Below the pieces are notes generated by a model, which did no database searches, was not told the origin of the DNA, and saw only the letters and a program-made list of their open reading frames with translations. Positions 46,701 through 54,122 of a stretch of DNA of 54,282 nt are shown here, piece after piece; the stretch's first letter is position 1, and every line of letters starts with the position of its first letter. Position numbers and translations under genes: made by a program. The stretch is from a virus (lineage: Duplodnaviria; Caudoviricetes), in the IMG/VR virus record IMGVR_UViG_3300009705_000019, positions 1-54,282 of that record; one strand, given 5' to 3'.

Positions 46701-47930
46701 TCTGGTGATATGACCACCATTCTCAAAGGACATAATGGTGTGACCTTTGTATTCCTTGACAACAACTTTTTTTGATGTTTCAAAGGAGGTTGTTTTGAGA
46801 TCGGAGGATTGCTCACCCTTTGGAGGGAACTGACATCCAGCGTTCTCAACAATCATGAATGCTGCTGCTGTGTGCTTTGAAACATCTGTATTGATGTGAA
46901 TGAACTTGCGAACTGGCCTTGCATCAAGCCACTTTGAATATCTCTCGCTACCATCCTTTTGAGGAACGACAGCATCCATGTGTGACTTTCCATCACCACA
47001 GTATGGCAATAATTTGACCTTCATGAATGCGGTTTCAATAGCGACAGCGAGGATCTCAACAAGCAACTCCATCACCGAACTATCGCCCAGATTGCGAGCA
47101 GGGTTCTCATTCCAGGATTGATTGATACCGACTCGATGAATAATTGCAGTAGCGGCCTTCACATCATCCTCATGAACTGTTGGAGGGGTGTATGTCAATG
47201 GAACTTCACGGTCAATGGTGTGTTCTGGAACAAAGCCCTCATCCATCAAGATTTGACAGCCCTTGACTAATCCTTCTCCGATCATGTTGTTGAAGGCATG
47301 AGATGTGGTCTTGACCTCCATAGCACTACGGGCTTGCTCAAGGAGGCCGATTCTATCATCACGACCCAACCAACCTGCAAGAGTCAAACGAGCGATTCTA
47401 ACATACCTATCATCACCATATGACTTGAGTTCGATTCTGCTAAATCCTTCGGCGGTTGATTTACTCATCAACAATGAATGACCACCAGCATTGACAGTAT
47501 TGCGATTGCCAAATATCTTGACATTCAATCCATCAGTTGATTTGAACTGGATGAGTATATCCTTAGAGGATTGAGCAATGTGAGTATTGAATGCGGTCAT
47601 GGCTGTCAATAGTTCTGGGGCTAACTTAGCAACAACGTGAGTCATGCCATGCAGTAGGGAGGTCTTACCTGAACCTGCTACGGCTGATACAGCAATGGAG
47701 ATAGGCTTGCCACCAGACTTATGTTCCCAGATGGCCTTAGCGAATGCTCGAAGAACATTCAATTGTTCAATAGACCATTTGTTCCCATTACGATCCTCTT
47801 CGGGAATACCGGCTTCGGCATCAGCATGAAGAGTCAATTTGAGAACAATGGTTTCAGCACCAGTAGTAGCAACATTGGCTACAAGGAATACTGCCATGAA
47901 TAGAGCAAAGGCGATGATAGAGAATATCAT
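43740..47930 (-). CDS. UvrD/Rep-like SF1 helicase with large insertions and C-terminal extension
   Basis: AVAGSGKT, FVDEVQD, GDLRQAIY.F.GA, WRG, TIHRYKGDE, YVAYTRAQ. Confidence 0.85.
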   Translation of the reverse strand: MIFSIIAFALFMAVFLVANVATTGAETIVLKLTLHADAEAGIPEEDRNGNKWSIEQLNVLRAFAKAIWEHKSGGKPISIAVSAVAGSGKTSLLHGMTHVVAKLAPELLTAMTAFNTHIAQSSKDILIQFKSTDGLNVKIFGNRNTVNAGGHSLLMSKSTAEGFSRIELKSYGDDRYVRIARLTLAGWLGRDDRIGLLEQARSAMEVKTTSHAFNNMIGEGLVKGCQILMDEGFVPEHTIDREVPLTYTPPTVHEDDVKAATAIIHRVGINQSWNENPARNLGDSSVMELLVEILAVAIETAFMKVKLLPYCGDGKSHMDAVVPQKDGSERYSKWLDARPVRKFIHINTDVSKHTAAAFMIVENAGCQFPPKGEQSSDLKTTSFETSKKVVVKEYKGHTIMSFENGGHITRIGGKGAGTQFGKKGTHMVDGENINTWRHYDSNLGTAVIKPNCIGKVLALLSKEFGDELDNQLDVEIESVAYEASSGSKGTLILSMADQIYLPHALDLQIPEYEKADVVFVDEVQDLSVLKAQLVWRLVKEDAHKVICGDLRQAIYLFCGASSQAFEDNAASIDATFYPQTICWRGTDMVAKTARYACSRFADIARGYWSGIDLPDYDAHRSPLEAGYEFWPKGALPCQITGDEIVKAYHKSKALHGDETTFGLLCRLKKPLADYILTFIKNGIPVSTPATIGGSLGLVDEAFTVAKKSRTGSLDESYKNVNSKTMIGLGWHKMATMKIGQHSLLLRDLENIKNVVIGKYTDLFKGDTKAMAQATAFQDVMGQIELLVAFVSLHRSKGTDSTPKGKNLADALMNWVKDELFSERGGNAVHIATIHRYKGDEAEVMFIVQSVAGEDDDGKPQVMDCFMNKRACEASPESAVNEVSMAYVAYTRAQKQTIVVNAELNGQVCEDVEKRLETAFNRDEVGMMSDTPTDDDSSPQDSPESDSGGDSEYVEVEYHDGRVDTMTLEQFDEFDEINKGTNRTISGYTDETKEIRHMRGDEVAGIFYEANEAPLEAEEAPILPQTAPEPFILLKRGAIKDGSIKAKMHIDASITEPTGKSMCGKSYSIHPTLNNPKSEWIGGKIGSNSTHTHPSGGRPLESTADTEISLRTSYMQGWGYNARNVSTNVMSEDNFCKNCVKKWIGEHGAGAIHPILASIPVQEGLLNEVLFEVQDVKESGDKKYCVLAIMMPATGINKDTKEVFRTESWSSRANFVTYGINDEGLAMRSNHLNSEPYRAIEANNAKGCSQGSKERFKSMTYQWSLELETQITCNQFKRNDKGSIIIPHNHDLLKGIDITDLQGDVADVVAAFIRRYMVARCFESGTRKGAIAEGQTTWNRMVNGHTKKDGEWVIKVTDRRPASKQEWLALPEEASNTLSGVDADSGEVESTQQEVKE

Positions 47931-49039
47931 TCAACCACCTCCAGAATCTTATCCAGTTCCGCAACAACATCATTCCACCGTAGCGTTGAGTTTTCACCAG
48001 TTAGAATCCTATTGCGGTAGTCAGCAATCATCTCAAGCGTAGTTGGTGGTGCTTCAATAGGTGGTGCTTCAATAGGTGTTTCAAGGGAACGCTCATCAGC
48101 ACAGGAAACACAGACATTGTTTTTGATGTGTCTTTCTGGCATATCAGCCTCAATCCAATCCGTGTCGCAATCTTCACAGCAAAGGGATTCTTGATAGCCT
48201 GTAATGACTGTGTAGCAATGAGGTGGCAATCCAACACCGGAACGCATACCAAATGATTGAGTCACCGATTGGTCGATTCTAACATGAGGTTGTTGAGGTC
48301 GAAGGTGAACATCACGATGGTTGAGAATGAAAGAATCAACAGGCAGTATTCGACCTGCAAGCAATTTGAATGAATCATCCCATATGCTTCTCAACATCTC
48401 TTCATCATCAGTAATTTGAACGAGCATCGGTCTAAGTGGTTTATCGCCATATTGCTTGTAGGACAATCTGGTTTCCATAGTGAAGGGATTGAACAACTCT
48501 CCTTCATCCTCTCTCATGGCTTGCTCGACAAAGGGTGCAACGACCTTGACAAAGTGCTTGAAGGCGGTGAGGTAAGTTCCGAACTGGTCAGCAGGGAACA
48601 TAGCAGTAATAGCATCGGAGGGATGAACATATCCTCTTGGATGCTTATGTGTTTTTGAGCGAGAATATCCACTATGGGTATATTCGATTGCTCGGTCAGT
48701 TGGTAATTGGTCCATACTGATGCCTTTGAATTCAACATTTAACCAGCACCAGTATTGACGGTTTGATCGATGGTAGGTGTTGCCATGATGCGGTGTGTAA
48801 GATGCTTCGGTGTCATATTGTAGTGATAGTCCGCCAATATCAATCCATTCCATTGTTGCCAGTTCACCCTCCTTAGCCGGTTCTTTGACTTCCAGATAAA
48901 CCTGATAGGTTGTTTCATCCGGTGATTCATGAGGCGTTCCACTTGTCTCTTCAAGTGCAAAACGACCCACATTGCTATCCATTATCTTTTTCCATTCTAT
49001 ATCCATATTTTCACTTCCATTGGTGGCATCGCTGTTCAT
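47927..49039 (-). CDS. Hypothetical protein with Zn-ribbon; first gene of the leftward operon
   Basis: Start ATG 49039; CEDC...CVSC; PIEAP duplication. Confidence 0.65.
   Translation of the reverse strand: MNSDATNGSENMDIEWKKIMDSNVGRFALEETSGTPHESPDETTYQVYLEVKEPAKEGELATMEWIDIGGLSLQYDTEASYTPHHGNTYHRSNRQYWCWLNVEFKGISMDQLPTDRAIEYTHSGYSRSKTHKHPRGYVHPSDAITAMFPADQFGTYLTAFKHFVKVVAPFVEQAMREDEGELFNPFTMETRLSYKQYGDKPLRPMLVQITDDEEMLRSIWDDSFKLLAGRILPVDSFILNHRDVHLRPQQPHVRIDQSVTQSFGMRSGVGLPPHCYTVITGYQESLCCEDCDTDWIEADMPERHIKNNVCVSCADERSLETPIEAPPIEAPPTTLEMIADYRNRILTGENSTLRWNDVVAELDKILEVVE
48045..48074. repeat. 15-bp tandem duplication GGTGGTGCTTCAATA x2
   Basis: Read directly; encodes IEAPP twice. Confidence 0.85.
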
Positions 49040-49073
49040 ATCGTCTGCCCCCTTATCCCCCACCACACCATGT

Positions 49074-49085
49074 AGGGTATATCAA
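49074..49085 (-). promoter_or_regulatory. Promoter-like motif TTGATATACCCT
   Basis: Identical to 38906-38917; precedes the first leftward gene. Confidence 0.55.
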
Positions 49086-49089
49086 TCTC

Positions 49090-50060
49090 TCCGACACTAA
49101 AGACACTAAGGACACCATTACAGACAGGCATGACCAGTAGCACCATCGCTATACTGCATGGCATCTCGACAACCCATCAAGACACCTTCCCCATGTTCCC
49201 CATGTTCTCAAAGAGAGAGGACATTAAACAGGCTCGCTGTAAGGGGAAAAGAGAGAGGTATAGAGAGAAAATATGTTGTTGTTTGTCATGTATTATTTGT
49301 CTATTCCTTTACAACTATGTCCTTTATGTCTATCGTGTCTAATATGCACCTCCAATCTGGCATCAAATCCACACCTCTTTTCGACCATAAACAAGCACCT
49401 GCAACACCCCTGCCGTGTTGGTGGGTGTGATGATTTATTACACCGAATCCTGGACAAATGTTGCGATATTTTGTCTTGATAGGGGCTTAGTGGTGCGTTT
49501 TTAGGTGTCCGACTGGGTGTTTCTGTCCGATCTTGACTGGGTGGGTGCTGGAATCGAGCCAGATTGAGCCATTTAGAGCCTAACTGAGCGTGTTTGTAGG
49601 GATAGACTGGGTGCTGGCCTAACTGGTGGACTGGGTGTGCTGATAACGCCACAGAACACCGACCTATCGCCACAGAATGCAAGCCATAACAACAGAATGA
49701 ACTGAGCATCGCAACAGACTGGGTGAGCCTGGAAAAAGAGGTGACTGAGCGTTGGTTTATCAGTGCAGAAGGACACCCGTTCTGCTACTCATCTGCACTG
49801 AGCCTTCGATCAACCTCGAAACCTGCACACTGGGCGACTGGGGCGGGTCTGCGACCCGCCCATTGACCATGAAGGCATCACTGAAAGCCTGTGGACTGGG
49901 TGTAGCCACCCACCGATGCCACGCAGCACCCCGTTTATCGCCTTTCAGGGGTATGTTTGGAGAATACTTTTTTTTTTTTTGCTGAGGCCGCCATTGACGC
50001 TGGATGCTACAAGGAAAAAATCTGGAAAAAAGTTATTGGTTATGTTAAGTAGTTGGGATG
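49090..50060. repeat. Non-coding divergent region with several short-repeat families (candidate origin or terminus/pac)
   Basis: GACA x3 and TGTC x3 at 9-nt period, GACTGGGTG x6, GAGC(C/G) x4 at 10-nt period, a 9-bp hairpin and T13. Confidence 0.7.
49841..49861. other. Perfect GC-rich hairpin GGGCGGGTC-TGC-GACCCGCCC
   Basis: 9-bp stem with 3-nt loop, read directly. Confidence 0.8.
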
Positions 50061-50092
50061 GGTTTATTTCAAGTTGCCTACTGAGCCAATTT

Positions 50093-51844
50093 ATGGCGAG
50101 TCATGACTTTAACAAATCATGGGAATCCATAACAAAAATACATCCTCTTGTCGAAAATGATGATGGAACGGTTCAATGTGGCAAATGTGCAACAGGGTAT
50201 GAAGAAAGTCATGAGGCTGAGGAATGCTGTGAAACCTGTTGGAAGTGTGGCCTAAGAGGTCATAATATGCCAGATGAAGCGGAGGACTGTTGCCCTTGCT
50301 CATGTGGTGGTGAACATGGTTTTTGCGAAACCAGTGATGTTTCGGATGAAATAGAACAGGAGATTTTTGAAAGCCTTGCTGCTGATGGTGCGGCACGTGC
50401 TAAAATGAAAGCAATGTATGGTAAGCCTCCAAAGGGAATGGAAGATTATTTTCGTAGGTCATGGGATTCGATAACTAAGATGCCCTTTGTTCGAGATAGT
50501 GTCCGTGAAATGACACCAGAAGATGTGAAACGCTATAATTTTACAGAAGGTTATGAGACACGTGAGCCTAAAGATGATCGGTTTATGCCGAACAAACGTA
50601 TGATTGGAGATTATGCAGATGAGGAATCTGGCAAAACTTTGCCGATTGTCATAAACAAACCATTCAAAGCCACAGAAGAGGCGAGGGAGAAGGATCGGAA
50701 CTCCAGAAGGATTTTTGGAAGTGGTTTGAGAGATGGAAGCATGACTCAGGGTTTTATCCCTATGAATCATTTGGGAATAAAAACTCATAAAGAAAAGTTC
50801 TTTGGTGGGCAACAACAAGACCCTGCCGCAGTTCTCGATAATGGTCGCCTTCATCAAGTCTGGACTCCTAAGAAAATGCGTAGGCAAGGAATTGCGTCGA
50901 GCATTTTGGATGCTATGGTCGAGGAAGGTCGAAAGAGTGGCTACCGTAGCGGCTGGCTTCCATCGGCTAAAGACGAAGATGGGCGGCAACTGGCTAATGT
51001 AAGAACAGATGAAAAGGGTCAGGAAACTCATCATACCAGACCCTGGGTTGATGCAGAAACAGGCGTTCCTTATTGGCATCGGAGTGATTTTGGGATTCAG
51101 CCAACGGGCGGTCAAGCAACAAAAGATTATCTCGGGTTGATGGCGAGTCGAGGTCTTTTCCCAAATCAAATTAAAGGGCGAGGCAATGATGTTGGCGAAG
51201 GCCGTGAAAGTCGAGATCCGAATAACGTGTGGGCTGATGAAGGCTCTCAAGAAGGTGCAAAATACTTTGAAGCCTATGATTGGGGCAAAGGGGGATCTGA
51301 TTCCGAAGAAGGCAAACGAGGTAATACTTGGGGCTTTGATGAAGAACAACCGTTCTTGCGGCCAACTCTTTCAACGATTATGGAACGTGCTAAATCGACG
51401 GGAAACCATAAAGCAAAAACTGAAAAGTTGATGAGAGAAGCGAGTGACCGTTGCCCTCAAGATGGTGAAGCCGATCCAGTCACAGGAAAAGTTCACCCTT
51501 ATATTGAGGACTCCGATATTAAAGAAGAAGATGGTTGCGACTGTTGGGATGATTGGCGAGAAGCGAGAGGAAAGTATTTTGCTGAATTCCCTGAATTAGA
51601 TTGGATAAATGAAAGATACCCTGAAGATCCAAACGACCCTGATGATAAATATGCAGATGATACAGCACCGCCAGAAGGTTTCCATTTGGCTGAAAAGGTA
51701 AAGCGTTTCAATGAAATGATTGAGCAAAGAGATTTAATCCCTGCTGAACCTGGTGTTTGGAATGATGAGAAAGATGATTTCGAGCATGGCGGGAAAACAA
51801 CACAGGAATGGTCCGACCATGAACGTGATTTGAGAGGCGACTGA
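50093..51844 (+). CDS. Polyprotein-like: tag + Cys-rich domain + second tag + GNAT acetyltransferase-like domain + acidic tail
   Basis: Start reassigned to ATG 50093 (TTTATTT ~25 nt upstream). DFNKSWESITK and YFRRSWDSITK tags; GNAT motif A VWTPKKMRRQGIASSILDAM. Confidence 0.7.
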   Translation: MASHDFNKSWESITKIHPLVENDDGTVQCGKCATGYEESHEAEECCETCWKCGLRGHNMPDEAEDCCPCSCGGEHGFCETSDVSDEIEQEIFESLAADGAARAKMKAMYGKPPKGMEDYFRRSWDSITKMPFVRDSVREMTPEDVKRYNFTEGYETREPKDDRFMPNKRMIGDYADEESGKTLPIVINKPFKATEEAREKDRNSRRIFGSGLRDGSMTQGFIPMNHLGIKTHKEKFFGGQQQDPAAVLDNGRLHQVWTPKKMRRQGIASSILDAMVEEGRKSGYRSGWLPSAKDEDGRQLANVRTDEKGQETHHTRPWVDAETGVPYWHRSDFGIQPTGGQATKDYLGLMASRGLFPNQIKGRGNDVGEGRESRDPNNVWADEGSQEGAKYFEAYDWGKGGSDSEEGKRGNTWGFDEEQPFLRPTLSTIMERAKSTGNHKAKTEKLMREASDRCPQDGEADPVTGKVHPYIEDSDIKEEDGCDCWDDWREARGKYFAEFPELDWINERYPEDPNDPDDKYADDTAPPEGFHLAEKVKRFNEMIEQRDLIPAEPGVWNDEKDDFEHGGKTTQEWSDHERDLRGD

Positions 51845-51846
51845 TT

Positions 51847-52110
51847 ATGTTTCAATGGTTCTATCGTTTCTGCATCCGATCAATGGAAAAAACATATGTT
51901 TGGATGGATTCTCGAATGATACGGCCAGTCGATGATGAATTACTGGGCGTTAAGATAGATTCCGATTTTGGTTCTATGAGCCGTCACCAACTATGCCGTC
52001 ATGCTGAATCTCGATTTAATTTACAAGTTGATGATTTATGGAATCTTCAATCGACTTCCAAGATACGCCTTGCGTGTCAATTAGCCCGAAACATGAGGGA
52101 TAAGCAATGA
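51847..52110 (+). CDS. Hypothetical protein
   Basis: 87-aa ORF coupled on both sides. Confidence 0.6.
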   Translation: MFQWFYRFCIRSMEKTYVWMDSRMIRPVDDELLGVKIDSDFGSMSRHQLCRHAESRFNLQVDDLWNLQSTSKIRLACQLARNMRDKQ

Positions 52111-52664
52111 AGGCGTTTGAAGAAGTATGGAGTTTGATTAAGATGCCAGCGAAAGGATGGGAATGCCCTGAATGTAAAATGCCTATGATGGTGCAAGTGG
52201 ATGAACAGTCGCTTCAATGTATGAATTGTCACGCAGTAGCACTTACTCCGGCAAGAAAAGCCCGAAATTCGTTTGATGCTGATTCAGCAGCCCATCAGGG
52301 AATTGAAGATATGCTCGATGAACATAAGGAATCGGGGGTTCAACGGGTTGCTAAATTGGGTCAAGCACTTACTGACTTGGGAACTAATGTGGTCGAACAT
52401 CCTCGAAAGAAAGTTGATTACAACCCCCGAGATCAATTTCACCCATTAGAACGTATGCTAAACGAATTGGGCTTTACATCCATAGGCCAGTTGATGCAAG
52501 ACTATTTACGACTCAAAGCACAGGAAAACCACCAAGATTTGAGAGGAATGGGCTTACCTGATGAAGCCCAACAAATGGAACAGGAATGGGTTGAAAGTAT
52601 TATGAATCGACAGAAACCAATGGCTGACCCTTTTATCTCACAGGATAGAGGGGAGGCGTGGTGA
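52107..52664 (+). CDS. Zn-ribbon protein with N-terminal FxxVW..K tag
   Basis: MKAFEEVWSLIKMP; CPEC...CMNC. Confidence 0.7.
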   Translation: MKAFEEVWSLIKMPAKGWECPECKMPMMVQVDEQSLQCMNCHAVALTPARKARNSFDADSAAHQGIEDMLDEHKESGVQRVAKLGQALTDLGTNVVEHPRKKVDYNPRDQFHPLERMLNELGFTSIGQLMQDYLRLKAQENHQDLRGMGLPDEAQQMEQEWVESIMNRQKPMADPFISQDRGEAW

Positions 52665-53533
52665 TGATTCGGATATTTGAAGTTGGACCACGTGATGGGC
52701 TACAAAACCTGCCGCACGTTCCATCCACCGATGATAAAATCCAACTCATCAAACATCTCCGTGATGCTGGCTTGACTCAAATTGAGATTGCATCATTTGT
52801 TCATCCGAAGGCCGTTCCGAATATGGCTGATGCTGAACAGGTGTGCAAAGCCTTTGATGATAAGACGGGCTTCTCAGTTCTTATTCCCAACAAAAGAGGA
52901 TATGAACGTGCAGTTAATTCTGGGATGGAACAATTCAATATATTCTTCTCACCGATGGATTCTTTTAATGTAGCCAATTATGGTTTGAACTTAAAACAAA
53001 TCATCGCCAATTACGCTGTTGCATTGCATGGCGTTCCTAAAGAATCAGTTCGAGTATATATCTCGGAATCGTTTGAGGCAGGTAGGGAGGAACTTGCATC
53101 GGCAATCCAAGTTGGTTTGAAGTTCGGTGATCGTATTGTTTTATGCGATACGAAGGGAACGGCAAAACCATTTGACATTTCATGGTGCGTTAGTTTGGCG
53201 CAGTTATTTACCAACAATTTATCGCTGCATCTTCATCATGGTCAGCACCTTATGGAAAATGTATCGACTGGTTATGCCAGTGGGATTCGAGAATTTGATT
53301 CCAGCATTGGCGGTCTTGGTGGCTGTCCGTTTGTTGAGAGTTCTGGGGCGAACCTTGCTACTGAGGATTTAGTCAAGTGGTGCAAGAAGCGAGGCATTGA
53401 ATGTGGCGTGACTCTTCGCCAACTCAAGGCGGCACGAAAGTTGGCACACAAAATAAAGAATCCAACGTTGAAGGTTGCCGCTAAAAACAAATACAATGAA
53501 ACCAAAAGCAAATTGAAGGCGGTGTGGTTTTGA
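52664..53533 (+). CDS. hmgL: Hydroxymethylglutaryl-CoA lyase (DRE-TIM metallolyase)
   Basis: FEVGPRDGLQN, SFVHPKAVPNMADA, HLH, GGLGGCPF, GANLATEDL; GGAGG RBS. Confidence 0.9.
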   Translation: MIRIFEVGPRDGLQNLPHVPSTDDKIQLIKHLRDAGLTQIEIASFVHPKAVPNMADAEQVCKAFDDKTGFSVLIPNKRGYERAVNSGMEQFNIFFSPMDSFNVANYGLNLKQIIANYAVALHGVPKESVRVYISESFEAGREELASAIQVGLKFGDRIVLCDTKGTAKPFDISWCVSLAQLFTNNLSLHLHHGQHLMENVSTGYASGIREFDSSIGGLGGCPFVESSGANLATEDLVKWCKKRGIECGVTLRQLKAARKLAHKIKNPTLKVAAKNKYNETKSKLKAVWF

Positions 53534-54006
53534 CAGCATTCGATCAAGCGTGGTCTTTGTTGAAGATGCCCATTGTTCCAGGTTCTTTCAAGCAAGACAG
53601 GCCATTAGCAGATGTTCCGATTAGATATTCGGCAAAATTTCAAGACCCTAAAACGACGGAAGAGATGGATATGTGGGCTGAGTTTGACCTCGACCTCGAA
53701 TATGATCAAAATTGTGAAGTTAAAGGTGGAATAAACCATCCTAATGATTCAATGTATAATCTGGGAGATCGTGCAATAAGTCATATTGGTCAAGAATATC
53801 CGAACAAAGATGATTTTTATGCACACGGAACGGGTGTTGATGAAGAATACCGGCGAAGAGGGTATGCGACGGCGTTGTATGATATGTTGGCTCGCATACT
53901 GCACGAACAGGGAGAATACAGATTAACTCCTTCGAATGGTCTTAACGAAATGTCAGGTCCACTTTGGGGCGATAAGAAAACATGGCCTGTGAGGGATGAT
54001 CTATGA
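53530..54006 (+). CDS. GNAT acetyltransferase-like protein with N-terminal FxxAW..K tag
   Basis: TTG start overlapping the hmgL stop gives MTAFDQAWSLLKMP; GNAT motif A GVDEEYRRRGYATALY. Confidence 0.75.
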   Translation: MTAFDQAWSLLKMPIVPGSFKQDRPLADVPIRYSAKFQDPKTTEEMDMWAEFDLDLEYDQNCEVKGGINHPNDSMYNLGDRAISHIGQEYPNKDDFYAHGTGVDEEYRRRGYATALYDMLARILHEQGEYRLTPSNGLNEMSGPLWGDKKTWPVRDDL

Positions 54007-54122
54007 AGTGCATTAAGCCCATAGTTCATAACCCTCAATTTGAAGGTAAGTATCATTGTAAGCATTGTGAAGCCGATGCCATTTTAGATTTATTAGATGC
54101 GAGAAAGTGTGGTGGAGACTAA
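54003..54122 (+). CDS. 39-aa Cys/His microprotein (not in ORF track)
   Basis: Own translation: MKCIKPIVHNPQFEGKYHCKHCEADAILDLLDARKCGGD; ATGA and TAATG overlaps. Confidence 0.6.
   Translation: MKCIKPIVHNPQFEGKYHCKHCEADAILDLLDARKCGGD

Noticed and set aside
49500-49910. GACTGGGTG repeats as a CRISPR or mini-array
   Set aside because: The repeats are only 9 bp and irregularly spaced (24-177 nt), with no repeat-spacer periodicity.
49130-49985. Short ORFs listed in the divergent region
   Set aside because: Low-complexity, repeat-derived translations on both strands without RBS or coupling.
49916-50092. N-terminal extension of the 642-aa ORF in the track
   Set aside because: It runs through T13 and repeat DNA; ATG 50093 has a TATA-like box upstream and places the tag at the N-terminus.
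50459-51349. 296-aa minus-strand ORF
   Set aside because: Antisense shadow of the GNAT-containing gene with no recognisable motifs.
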